A DNA stretch of 64,000 nt from Chloroflexota bacterium (GCA_039200705.1 JBCCSC010000010.1:50272-114271), one strand, 5' to 3'. Shown: positions 18,198 to 27,450, counted from the stretch's first letter. Numbers and translations are program-made. Notes: generated from the sequence alone by a model not told the origin.

Positions 18198-20021
18198 ATG
18201 CCAAATCGTATTTTACTTGTGCAATTAGCAGATATTGGAGATTTTATTCTCACAATACCTGCTATTCTTGCACTACGAGAGGCTCGTCCTGATGCTCATC
18301 TATCACTTGTTGTATCGAGTCATGTCACCTCAATTATCGAAGAGGGACTTATTGATGAAGTTCTGCCATTTGACAAAAAAGGTTTCAATGGCACAAAAGC
18401 TCTCTTGAATCCTGCCAATCTACAGCGCATCTGGGCACTACGTGATGGGCAATATGATACAATCGTTTTTTTTCATCACTTCACCCTTAAGCTAGGGACA
18501 CTCAAATTCTGGTTAATGGCAAAAGCATCAGGTGCGTCAACTATCATTGGCTTAGACAACGGCAACGCATCTTTTTTGACCGATAGTATCCCTGATGAGG
18601 GCTTCGGTATCAAACATCAAGCCCAATATTGGTTGGAGTTAGTTTCACTTTTAGGAGCATCGCCACAAAGTCGTCGTGCAAAAATCCCACTGGATGGTGG
18701 CGTTCTACCTATTCCTGTTAAGCGTAAGACACGCATTGTGATTCACGATGGAGGTGGCGATTATTCTCTTGCACGCCGTTGGTCAAGTGACCAATTTGCT
18801 GTGGTCGCAGATCATCTACACGAAAACTACGATGCTGAAATTGTGCTAGTCGGCACAGCTAGCGATAACGCCAACGATGTTGCATCAGCGATGACGAAGC
18901 CATCTGTCAATCTCGCAGGGAAGACAACACTCACTCAATTAGCCGACATTCTGCGGTCTGCTGACCTCTACATTGGCACAGACAGTGGCGTGACACATCT
19001 CGCAGCAGCAGTGCAAACCCCAACCATTGCCCTCTACGGTCCGACAAATCATCAAGCATGGTCGCCTTGGTCACCGAATGGCAGTGTCACTGTGTTACGG
19101 AGTGCGCCAAGCTGTAGCCCGTGTATTTATGTAGAACATGGGATTGGCTCACGAGAAGGATGTGTCGCCAAAACCTGTATGACGATGATAACGCCTCAGC
19201 AAGTTGTGCGGGCTGCTCAAACGATGTTGCGGGGGAATAGTGTTCGCCAAATTCAAGATTTCCCCTATGACGCGCGTCGAGAACGTGATTTCAAAGATAC
19301 CGTGAACGTCCTTGGCTTACCTGTAGATAGTATCAGCTATCGTCAGTGGATGAATTTGATTGATTATTGGATCAAAGAAACTAATCGCCCGCATATGGTA
19401 TGTACTATCAATCCAGAATTTGTGATGATGGCACAGCATGATTCCATTTTCAAAAGTATCCTCAAACGAGCTGATTTATGTGTGCCTGATGGTGCTGGTC
19501 TACTATGGGCAGGGCGTGTGCTCAAAACACCAATCAAAGAACGTGTCACAGGGAGTGATGGTGTTCCCCGCATTGCCGAAGAAGCCTCAGCACGCGGATG
19601 GAAATTATTTTTCTTAGGGGCATCCGAAGGCATTGCTGAAGAAGCTGCACACATTTTAACAGAGCAAAATCCGACTTTGAAAATTGTCGGCTCATATGCG
19701 GGGAGTCCTGCCCCAGAAGAAGAAGCTGACATTGTTGAGAGGGTCAATCGTAGTGGCGCAGATATTTTACTAGTTGCCTATGGCGCACCAAAACAAGAAA
19801 AATGGATTGCACGGAATATCCCACGCCTCAACGTGAAGATGGCAATGGGTGTAGGCGGGACATTTGATTTTATTGTTGGTAAAGTTCCGCGTGCGCCACA
19901 ATGGATGCAAGATTATTACTTAGAATGGCTCTATCGCTTATACAAAGAGCCGTGGCGCATTTGGCGTATGTTGCGCTTGCCACGATTTGTGATGGCTGTC
20001 ATCCTACGGGGAGCAAATTAA
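18198..20021 (+). CDS. Fusion protein: GT9 (heptosyltransferase-like) N-terminal domain plus GT26 (WecB/TagA/CpsF) C-terminal domain
   Basis: The N-terminus RILLVQLADIGDFILTIPAILALR and GTDSGVTHLAAAV are typical of GT9. The C-terminal NVLGLPVDSISY...VCTINPEFVMMA...LCVPDGAGLLWA...LLVAYGAPKQEKW is typical of GT26. It is a single uninterrupted 607-aa frame. Confidence 0.8.
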   Translation: MPNRILLVQLADIGDFILTIPAILALREARPDAHLSLVVSSHVTSIIEEGLIDEVLPFDKKGFNGTKALLNPANLQRIWALRDGQYDTIVFFHHFTLKLGTLKFWLMAKASGASTIIGLDNGNASFLTDSIPDEGFGIKHQAQYWLELVSLLGASPQSRRAKIPLDGGVLPIPVKRKTRIVIHDGGGDYSLARRWSSDQFAVVADHLHENYDAEIVLVGTASDNANDVASAMTKPSVNLAGKTTLTQLADILRSADLYIGTDSGVTHLAAAVQTPTIALYGPTNHQAWSPWSPNGSVTVLRSAPSCSPCIYVEHGIGSREGCVAKTCMTMITPQQVVRAAQTMLRGNSVRQIQDFPYDARRERDFKDTVNVLGLPVDSISYRQWMNLIDYWIKETNRPHMVCTINPEFVMMAQHDSIFKSILKRADLCVPDGAGLLWAGRVLKTPIKERVTGSDGVPRIAEEASARGWKLFFLGASEGIAEEAAHILTEQNPTLKIVGSYAGSPAPEEEADIVERVNRSGADILLVAYGAPKQEKWIARNIPRLNVKMAMGVGGTFDFIVGKVPRAPQWMQDYYLEWLYRLYKEPWRIWRMLRLPRFVMAVILRGAN

Positions 20022-20456
20022 ATGCCTATCTATTTTTATACAACAGGTGAGCCATACGGGGAATTTTCAAATTTTAGTCGTCATGGATTTGAGCTTGATG
20101 AACATTATTGGAAAACCTCCGAGCATTATTTTCAAGCGATGAAGTTTGAAGGAACGCCTTACTATGATAAAGTGCGTGAAGCCCGCACACCCAAAGAAGC
20201 TGCTAAATTAGGACGTAGACGCGATTTCCCACTTCGCAAAGATTGGGAAGATGTCAAAGATGATGTCATGCGACGGGCTGTACTCAAGAAATTCCAAACA
20301 CATCAATCACTCAAAGAGCTTTTACTTAGCACAGGCGACGAAGAAATTGTCGAAAATGCGCCATCAGACTATTATTGGGGGTGTGGCTACGATGGCTCAG
20401 GTAAAAATATGCTTGGAGTCATTTTGATGGAAGTGCGAAATCAATTAGCAGAGTGA
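20022..20456 (+). CDS. NADAR-family (YbiA/DUF1768) protein
   Basis: Motifs GEFSNFSRHGFELD, WKTSEHYFQAMKF and DYYWGCG. The ATG directly follows the TAA of the preceding gene. Confidence 0.8.
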   Translation: MPIYFYTTGEPYGEFSNFSRHGFELDEHYWKTSEHYFQAMKFEGTPYYDKVREARTPKEAAKLGRRRDFPLRKDWEDVKDDVMRRAVLKKFQTHQSLKELLLSTGDEEIVENAPSDYYWGCGYDGSGKNMLGVILMEVRNQLAE

Positions 20457-20478
20457 CCATGTACCAGAAAAGACTATT

Positions 20479-21465
20479 ATGACAGATAATTTGAAACAAT
20501 TAGTGCCCGAACTCGCAAATCGACGTGTACTCGTTCTTGGTGATGTCATTCTCGATGAATATGTGACAGGGCGTGTCCAACGTATGAGCCGAGAAGCTCC
20601 AATTCCTGTGCTTGAATTACAATCACGTCAATTTATCCCTTGCGGAGCAGCCAACCCTGCTGCGAATATCGTCGCCTTGGGCAGTACGGCGATTCAAGTG
20701 GGGGTTGTTGGGTCAGATGATGCAGCCACACACCTCCGAGAGCAACTCGATGCATCAGGCATTGATGTCACAGGACTTATCATTGACCGTGATAAGCCAA
20801 CGACACTCAAGACACGCATTCTGGCACAGATGGGCTTGCGCTTTCCACAACAATTAGCACGCATTGATACTGTCTCACGCCAACCAATTAGCCAGTTTGT
20901 TGAGGCGGCTCTTGTTCAACGCTTACAGACACATGTTAACACTGTCGATGTAGTGTTGATTTCTGATTACCAAAATGGATTGCTGAATCCTAGTCTCATC
21001 AGCCTTGTTAAACAGACCAGCAGTGGGCATGTGCCGATTGTAGTCGATGCACAAGGCGCACTCGATAAATATCATGGGGTGGACGTGATTAAGTGCAATG
21101 CAGATGACGCATCGCAATTTTTGAATGTCCCTCTCACAACTGATGATGATTTTGCAGAAGCAGGGCGTGAACTCGCCAATCGGCTGATGGTCAAATCAAC
21201 TGTTGTGATTACGCGCGGTTCAGAGGGTGCAACGCTTGCAACTCAAACCGATGTTGCCCACATCAACGCGCCTGATGTCAGTGATGTTTATGATACCGTT
21301 GGCGCAGGTGATACATGGATTGCTGTGATGACACTCGCAATGGTTGCTGGTGCAGATATAGCTGATGCTGCCATGTTAGCTAATTATGCGAGTGGTATTG
21401 TGGTGCGGCATGTGGGTAATTACACGCCATCACCAAAAGAATTGATTGCATCACTGTCCGAGTAA
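20479..21465 (+). CDS. PfkB-type sugar kinase resembling HldE/RfaE domain I (D-glycero-beta-D-manno-heptose-7-phosphate kinase), kinase domain only
   Basis: VLVLGDVILDEYVTGRVQRMSREAPIPVL ... CGAANPAANIVALG ... the C-terminal TVGAGDTWIA anion-hole motif. At 328 aa, no adenylyltransferase domain is present. Confidence 0.7.
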   Translation: MTDNLKQLVPELANRRVLVLGDVILDEYVTGRVQRMSREAPIPVLELQSRQFIPCGAANPAANIVALGSTAIQVGVVGSDDAATHLREQLDASGIDVTGLIIDRDKPTTLKTRILAQMGLRFPQQLARIDTVSRQPISQFVEAALVQRLQTHVNTVDVVLISDYQNGLLNPSLISLVKQTSSGHVPIVVDAQGALDKYHGVDVIKCNADDASQFLNVPLTTDDDFAEAGRELANRLMVKSTVVITRGSEGATLATQTDVAHINAPDVSDVYDTVGAGDTWIAVMTLAMVAGADIADAAMLANYASGIVVRHVGNYTPSPKELIASLSE

Positions 21466-21466
21466 A

Positions 21467-21838
21467 TTATGACGACTTAGCTTGGCTAAACACAATGGAG
21501 TTGCCATCAGGGTCATAGACAGAGCAGATGAGCATCGTATCTTGTTCTTCAATTGCTGTGATTTGTGTGCCACCATTGTTCAAAGCTGATATAAACACAT
21601 CATGAATGTCATCAACTGCAAATTCAAATTGTTGCCGATTTTGCTGAGCGTCAACTTGTGCAATGGTATTTGGACAAATTGTTAGCGGAATCCCTGCTAG
21701 TTTTCCTGAATAAAATGAGGTATTGGGAATTGGCTGGAACTCTGACAAATTTGCATCTAAAACAGCATTGTAAAATTCAACCATTTGCTGGGTATGCGTT
21801 GTTGCGATGGTTATTGCACTAATAGTGATGGACATCAA
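21467..21838 (-). CDS. VOC/glyoxalase-family small protein
   Basis: 123 aa with beta-alpha-beta-beta-beta-like pattern and the typical ending DPDGNSIVF. Confidence 0.5.
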   Translation of the reverse strand: MMSITISAITIATTHTQQMVEFYNAVLDANLSEFQPIPNTSFYSGKLAGIPLTICPNTIAQVDAQQNRQQFEFAVDDIHDVFISALNNGGTQITAIEEQDTMLICSVYDPDGNSIVFSQAKSS

Positions 21839-21915
21839 CTAAGCCTGACTTTAAATGAATGATACAACTAGTATATAGAATATTTGTTCTTGTTGCAATC
21901 AATGGAGAACTTATC

Positions 21916-22347
21916 ATGAGCATGTGGACACCGCCTGATGACTCGTTTTACGAAACAGTTTGGACAATCGTCAAACAAATTCCAAAGGGTAAAGTCAGCA
22001 CCTATGGACAAATCGCCTCTATGATTCCGCCTTATGACGGCACTGACCCTGATGCTCATCAACGCTTATCGCCACGTTGGGTCGGGACTGCCATGCGTAA
22101 AGTGCCAGATGATAGTATTCCGTGGCAACGTGTCATCAACAGTCAAGGTAAAATCAGTTTGCCCGAACCAAACGGCACAAAACAGCGTGTTTTATTAGAA
22201 GCAGAGGGAATTATATTCAATCAGTCAGGTAAAGTCGACTTGACCGATGTAGGATGGGAAGGTCCTGATGATGAGTGGCTGGATGAACATAATCTTTTAC
22301 CACCGAATCAGTTTATCAAAAAACCACGCCAGAAACCGCTATTCTAA
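21916..22347 (+). CDS. Alkyltransferase-like (ATL) protein: MGMT DNA-binding domain without the acceptor cysteine
   Basis: IPKGKVSTYGQIASMI and RWVGTAMRK match the MGMT helix-turn-helix. The active-site PCHRV is replaced by PWQRV. The start is taken at ATG 21916, preceded by ggaga. Confidence 0.7.
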   Translation: MSMWTPPDDSFYETVWTIVKQIPKGKVSTYGQIASMIPPYDGTDPDAHQRLSPRWVGTAMRKVPDDSIPWQRVINSQGKISLPEPNGTKQRVLLEAEGIIFNQSGKVDLTDVGWEGPDDEWLDEHNLLPPNQFIKKPRQKPLF

Positions 22348-22398
22348 AGGTGAGGATGAGACTCAGGAGCCTCATCCCGACAATACAAAACTATCGAA

Positions 22399-23472
22399 TT
22401 AGACTTCGACGATAGTATTTTCAGCAAGGACAAAGCGGTATGCTGTCGGCATACGGTCAGTAGAAACAACCTGTGCGTTGTCCGCCAACAAACTACGGTC
22501 AATCCGCCCAGGAATGAGGTGGATTCTACAGCCACTCATGACAATGCTGGCTTCGATTTCACTGCCTTCGATGGTGCAGTTATCACCAATGGCGGTATAA
22601 GGACCGACATAGCTATTACGGATGATAGTGTTATCACCAATGATGACAGGACCACGTACAACACTATCAATGATTTGACTATTCTCACCAATGATGACAC
22701 GGTGTGAAACATCACTATCGCCTTGAATTTTATTTTCATCAGTCGGGGCAGGTGTCCAAGGCAATTCTTCCAACACCAGTTGATTCGCTAAGATGATAGG
22801 GTCAGGTTTACCTGCATCAATGAACCACCCTTTGATTTTGTATGGCGCAACTTTTTTGCCTGAACCAATCAAGGCTTGAATTGCATCCGTGATTTCATAT
22901 TCACCACGCGCCGATGGTTCTAGTGAATCAATCACTTCAAAGATAGATGGACGGAAGAGGTAAATACCAACAATCGCTAAATTACTCGGAGGATTTTCTG
23001 GTTTTTCCATCACTTCCTGAATTTTTTCATTTTCGACAACCGCAATCCCAAAGCGTGAAGGGTCGGGCACAGGGGTCAGAACAATAGACGCATCGGCATC
23101 TGAACTTTCGAAATTACGGATGAGATCACTCATTTTATCTTGGAAAATGTTATCGCCAAGGAACATCGCAAAAGGCTCGTCCCCGACAAAATCACGGCAG
23201 ATACCAGCCGCATGTGCTAGCCCAAGTTGTTCTTCTTGGATAACATATTCAATTTTTACATCCAGATCATCACCATTGCCAAAGGCTTTCACAATCGGTG
23301 ATTCGAGACTGTTAACCACGATACCAATTTCTGTGATACCTGCACCTTTGATGGTGTCAATAGCATATTCAATCAGACGTTTGTTAGCGACGGGAACGAC
23401 GGGTTTCGGCATGGTGAGCGTTACGGGACGTAACCGTGTGCCTTGACCTGCTGCGAGAATAATAGCCTTCAA
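22399..23472 (-). CDS. Sugar-1-phosphate nucleotidyltransferase with C-terminal left-handed beta-helix
   Basis: KAIILAAGQGTRLRPVTLTMPKPVVPV is followed by C-terminal hexapeptide repeats (VIIGENSQIIDSVVRGPVIIGDNTII...). The start is proposed at TTG 23472, preceded by aaagga at 6 nt. The ORF-track ATG is at 23529. Confidence 0.8.
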   Translation of the reverse strand: MKAIILAAGQGTRLRPVTLTMPKPVVPVANKRLIEYAIDTIKGAGITEIGIVVNSLESPIVKAFGNGDDLDVKIEYVIQEEQLGLAHAAGICRDFVGDEPFAMFLGDNIFQDKMSDLIRNFESSDADASIVLTPVPDPSRFGIAVVENEKIQEVMEKPENPPSNLAIVGIYLFRPSIFEVIDSLEPSARGEYEITDAIQALIGSGKKVAPYKIKGWFIDAGKPDPIILANQLVLEELPWTPAPTDENKIQGDSDVSHRVIIGENSQIIDSVVRGPVIIGDNTIIRNSYVGPYTAIGDNCTIEGSEIEASIVMSGCRIHLIPGRIDRSLLADNAQVVSTDRMPTAYRFVLAENTIVEV

Positions 23473-23553
23473 TGTAAGTCCTTTCTGATGATTTGTATGA
23501 TGTTGCCTATTTATCCTAGCATGAGACAATACTCAAGCATAGTAAATATCAAC

Positions 23554-23579
23554 AAAAAAGAGCGTAATCGTTACGCCCT
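23554..23579 (-). terminator. Intrinsic terminator after the GT28 gene
   Basis: The minus strand reads GGGCGTAA-CGA-TTACGCTC followed by TTTTTTG. Confidence 0.6.
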
Positions 23580-23609
23580 ATTGTAATATATAGTAATATA
23601 GTACCAGAT

Positions 23610-24803
23610 TTAACGGGTCATTGAGACAAACCGCCGACGAACTCGCTTTGTGAAGGGTTGCGGATTCTTAATTGTCCCATGCTCTGCCCATGTTATAACC
23701 GTATCCGCAATATCCCATACAGCATTTGGATTGCTAATATTGGTTGCATTTTCGGCGCGTTGTTTCAGGCTAGCTTCACCTTCATCCATCCAGTCACGCA
23801 AATAATTGGCGACTTGTTGTGGTTCAGGTGCCCATGCACCAGCGTTATTCTGGATAACATGCTCAACATTACCATCTTCTTGACCAGGAATGGCATCCAT
23901 CAAAATCATTGGTAAGCCAGCGATTGATGCTTCCGTAATCGTCGCTGGACCTGCCTTAGTCACGATAATATCTGCACCATCCATCAATTGAGGCATGTTT
24001 TTGACGAAGGGGTAAATATGTGTGGGTTGATTCCATTGTGCTGAGTCACATTTTTTCTTGAGTGTTTCGTTACGTCCCGCAACAACGACTAATTGAATGT
24101 CACGTTGGAGGGCGTTGATAGCGCGTGCCGTTTCCCATAATGGACCCATGCCATCACCACCTGCTACCATCAAGATAGTGAGTTTATCTTGTTCCCACCC
24201 TAACTTAGTGCGTGCGGTTGCTTTGCCTTCTAACTTTTTGACAAACGCTGGATTCACAGGTAAGCCTGTAATCGACATTTTACTTGCAGGCATCCCATAC
24301 TTGATACCACGCTCGAAAGCAGCTTGTGTTGGCACCATTGTATGCTCGGCTTTTTTGTCATACCAGAAGTTGTGTGTCGAGACTAAATCTGTGACCACTG
24401 TGATAAAGGGTGGACGCTCTGGCAGTGAACGCCATGCTTGCAAGGACGGACGTGCTACCAATGAGTGAACACACACAACTACATCCACGGGATTTTCTTT
24501 TGCAATTTTCTTGAAACGTCTGGCATTCGCAGCGTACATCGTCCGCGAGATAACCGCGACACGACGGCGTGTATTGGACATTTTATAACCAATGCCCCAC
24601 GACCCTTTACTACGATTAATCAGCCAAGGATAAAACTCAGGGAAATAATTCATCGGGAAGCGCGACATCTTAAAGACATCAAGCAATTCCGCGTCAACGT
24701 TGTCATCACCATATTTCTCATATAGTCCATCCCGTATCGCTTCGGCAGCCGCACGGTGCCCACCACCTGTATCTGACATCAGGAACAAGACTCTCTTTTT
24801 CAA
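23610..24803 (-). CDS. MGDG-synthase / UgtP-like diacylglycerol glycosyltransferase (GT28)
   Basis: The N-terminus VLFLMSDTGGGHRAAAEAIRDGL is typical of the family, and the C-terminal half TKAGPATITEASIAGLPMIL is GT-B. Confidence 0.8.
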   Translation of the reverse strand: MKKRVLFLMSDTGGGHRAAAEAIRDGLYEKYGDDNVDAELLDVFKMSRFPMNYFPEFYPWLINRSKGSWGIGYKMSNTRRRVAVISRTMYAANARRFKKIAKENPVDVVVCVHSLVARPSLQAWRSLPERPPFITVVTDLVSTHNFWYDKKAEHTMVPTQAAFERGIKYGMPASKMSITGLPVNPAFVKKLEGKATARTKLGWEQDKLTILMVAGGDGMGPLWETARAINALQRDIQLVVVAGRNETLKKKCDSAQWNQPTHIYPFVKNMPQLMDGADIIVTKAGPATITEASIAGLPMILMDAIPGQEDGNVEHVIQNNAGAWAPEPQQVANYLRDWMDEGEASLKQRAENATNISNPNAVWDIADTVITWAEHGTIKNPQPFTKRVRRRFVSMTR

Positions 24804-25053
24804 AATTAGTCTCCTCTACTTTTTGAATAACGAATTGAGGATTATGTAATTATAATAACCATTATTCTACTCATTAGTTACTCATCCCATGATAGCATAA
24901 GGCAATCAGATTTGGATAGTTGCTCACCTGTGTCGTAAAACACTCATTTTTGAGATATGCCACTTTCCTATACGTTGAATACTGTTAACAAGTTGCTGAT
25001 AGTTTCGTGCTATAATATGGCGAATTCGTTGAAATCAAGCGTGGAGAAAAACC

Positions 25054-25824
25054 ATGTTATTTGCACCGTTGTCGCTGGAATATTTACTAGCAGCAGGGAT
25101 TGTGTTGCTATTCGGAATGGGCTGGCATGAATATGCTCATGCTGTTGTTGCTGATTGGTGGGGCGACCCTACACCGCGTCAATTAGGACGTTTAACACCG
25201 AATCCACTCGTTCATATTAGCTGGATTGGCTGGTTGATGTTCTTAGTGCTTGGCTTCGGTATTTTAGGCTCAGTGCCGATTAATGCTGCTCGTATGCGCG
25301 ATCCACGCTGGGGGTCATTCTGGACATCCGCAGCAGGTCCGATTTCTAATCTGATACAAGCCTTATTTTTCGGTGTTGTGGGCTTTATTGTCTTTAATGT
25401 ATTTGGTTTTGAAACAAATCCAAGTGACTTTTTCAGTCGCTTCATCTCCACCTTCATCTGGGCAGGTGTTTACCTCAATGTGTTGCTGATTTTCTTTAAT
25501 TTGCTTCCATTCGTGATTCCAGCAGGTATTTTTAGTCCATCACCGATTGCTTTTGATGGTTGGCACATGATTTACGCACTCTTACCAGGTGCATGGCTCA
25601 ACTACCGTACACTACCAGCCGTCCTACGCGAAGAATTGCGCCCACTAGGGCAATTTATAGCACGTCCTGCTGATAAATGGCGTGATTGGATGAATATTTT
25701 AGGCTATATCACACTAGCAATATTCCTATTGAGCTTCATTCCAAATAATCCATTGGATCCTGTTGGCTTTCTCATTGGACGACCAACAGGCTTAGTGACA
25801 CAGATGATTCTCAGCTTTTTCTAG
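25054..25824 (+). CDS. Site-2 protease family (M50) membrane metalloprotease
   Basis: The HEYAHAVVA (HExxH) motif sits in the first TM region. The protein is polytopic. Confidence 0.7.
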   Translation: MLFAPLSLEYLLAAGIVLLFGMGWHEYAHAVVADWWGDPTPRQLGRLTPNPLVHISWIGWLMFLVLGFGILGSVPINAARMRDPRWGSFWTSAAGPISNLIQALFFGVVGFIVFNVFGFETNPSDFFSRFISTFIWAGVYLNVLLIFFNLLPFVIPAGIFSPSPIAFDGWHMIYALLPGAWLNYRTLPAVLREELRPLGQFIARPADKWRDWMNILGYITLAIFLLSFIPNNPLDPVGFLIGRPTGLVTQMILSFF

Positions 25825-25827
25825 AAA

Positions 25828-26352
25828 ATGCCAGTTACACAACGTTTTCGTCAAGGGATACGTGCCTTACTCGCTTTTTCCACCGATGTTGACTACGATT
25901 TAGCCGAGCGTTATCTGAATTCGCAACAGATGACGCTTTTTCAGCAGATGGCAAAGCCCGAACAACTGCATAGCCTCAATGTTCTGCGCGATGTGCTAGC
26001 ACAATCAGAGCAAACACCCCATGACTTAGCTGTGGTTGCACTATTGCATGACTCAGGCAAGGCGCGATGCCACTTAGCAGTATGGCAAAAGACAATCTCA
26101 GTCTTGGTGAGTAAGTTTTTGCCATCTCTCGATGATAGGCTTAGTCGTGATGGTCAACTGACATTCTGGCGTGCGCCTTTCATGGTACGTCGCAATCATC
26201 CTACATGGAGCGCACAATTTTTAGCTGACTTGGGTTGTAACGAGCGTATTGTTTGGTTAGCAGAACATCATGCTGATAATGCAGACCAGTGGCACAATCA
26301 TCCACATCATGCGCTTTTAGTACGTTTGCAAACGGCAGATGATGCTAATTGA
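25828..26352 (+). CDS. HD-domain protein
   Basis: H...LLHDSGKA and the distal AEHHAD. The start lies 3 nt after the M50 gene stop. Confidence 0.6.
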   Translation: MPVTQRFRQGIRALLAFSTDVDYDLAERYLNSQQMTLFQQMAKPEQLHSLNVLRDVLAQSEQTPHDLAVVALLHDSGKARCHLAVWQKTISVLVSKFLPSLDDRLSRDGQLTFWRAPFMVRRNHPTWSAQFLADLGCNERIVWLAEHHADNADQWHNHPHHALLVRLQTADDAN

Positions 26353-26430
26353 GTTTTCATCGTTTTTGAATAAGTTTCTGGCATAGTAAAGGGCACTCTA
26401 AAAGTCCGTAATCATTTTGGGAGTACTACA

Positions 26431-27450
26431 ATGGCAAATTTGAATATCGCAATTTTAGGCTTAGACCGTACCAGTGCATCAATGGGATTAGCCCTCAAGC
26501 GATTCACGAAAAAAGGAGGTAAACATAAGTTCAGTATTGTTGGCTATGACTCAACATCTGATAACCTGAAAGTTGCCAAGAAAATGGGGGCAGTCGATAA
26601 GACTGAAACACGCCTTGATAACGCAGTCAAAGATGCTGATGTGGTGGTCATGGGTGTATCATATGATGAAACTGAATATGCCTATCGTGATATCCGCTCA
26701 CATTTGCGTGATGGCGTTGTCATCCTAGATTTATCGCCACTCAAACAACCATCACTCAATTGGTCCGATGTTTATCTGACATCTGAACATCATCTCGTTG
26801 GCATGACAGCAACATTTAATTCGCGCTATTTATTCGACACTAAAGAATCTTTAGAGAATGCAGAAGAAGATTTATTTGATGAAAGCGCAATTCTATTAAC
26901 ACCTGCTACCGCATCAGCAAAAGAGGCTGTTGACTTGGCGTTTAACTTTGCATCAATTATTGGCGGTAAACCACGTTTTCTTGACCCACTAGAACACGAT
27001 TTACTATTAGCACAAACAGTTCAATTGCCTCGTTTGTTAGGGGTCACGCTTTTTTATGACTTGATGAATAAAGCCAATTGGGATGACCTTAAATGGCTCA
27101 CAAACCCTGACTTTGGGGCGTTGACACGTCCATTGTTCGATGTACATCCTGATGCGCTTCGCGATGAATTTCATGGTAACCGAGAAGCACTAGCCCGTGT
27201 GCTAGATAATTACATTGAGACACTCTCAGAAGTCCGTGATGCCTTAAACTCAAGTGACAAAGATGCCATTGAAACAGTCGCCGTTGATGCCTCCGTCGTC
27301 TACGAAAATTGGATTAATAGTCGCCATAAGGGGGATTGGGATGCAGTGGCTTATTCAGCAGATGCCTCTAAAGTAAATACTGGTGGTATGTTGCAAGGGT
27401 TGCTAGGTAGCACACTCGCAGAAAAACTATCAGGTAAACGAGATGATTAA
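26431..27450 (+). CDS. Prephenate/arogenate dehydrogenase-like protein with degenerate catalytic motifs
   Basis: The layout matches TyrA (NIAILGL...ADVVVMGV...VILDLSPLK...ILLTP...LEHDLLLAQTVQLPRLL). However, GxGxxG is GLDRTSAS, and the GGHPMAG-type His segment reads VGMTATF. Confidence 0.5.
   Translation: MANLNIAILGLDRTSASMGLALKRFTKKGGKHKFSIVGYDSTSDNLKVAKKMGAVDKTETRLDNAVKDADVVVMGVSYDETEYAYRDIRSHLRDGVVILDLSPLKQPSLNWSDVYLTSEHHLVGMTATFNSRYLFDTKESLENAEEDLFDESAILLTPATASAKEAVDLAFNFASIIGGKPRFLDPLEHDLLLAQTVQLPRLLGVTLFYDLMNKANWDDLKWLTNPDFGALTRPLFDVHPDALRDEFHGNREALARVLDNYIETLSEVRDALNSSDKDAIETVAVDASVVYENWINSRHKGDWDAVAYSADASKVNTGGMLQGLLGSTLAEKLSGKRDD

Noticed and set aside
19364-19747. A 127-aa minus-strand ORF inside the GT9-GT26 gene.
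   Set aside because: It is antisense to conserved GT26 motifs, Ser/Ala-rich, and has no translation signals.
18198-21465. The GT9 heptosyltransferase-like gene plus the heptose kinase-like gene as evidence for LPS and a diderm envelope.
   Set aside because: No lpx, kdt, lpt, bam or other outer-membrane genes are in the window. Sortase, a TagA-type GT26 and a UgtP/MGDG-like GT28 point the other way. A wall-glycopolymer role is more parsimonious.
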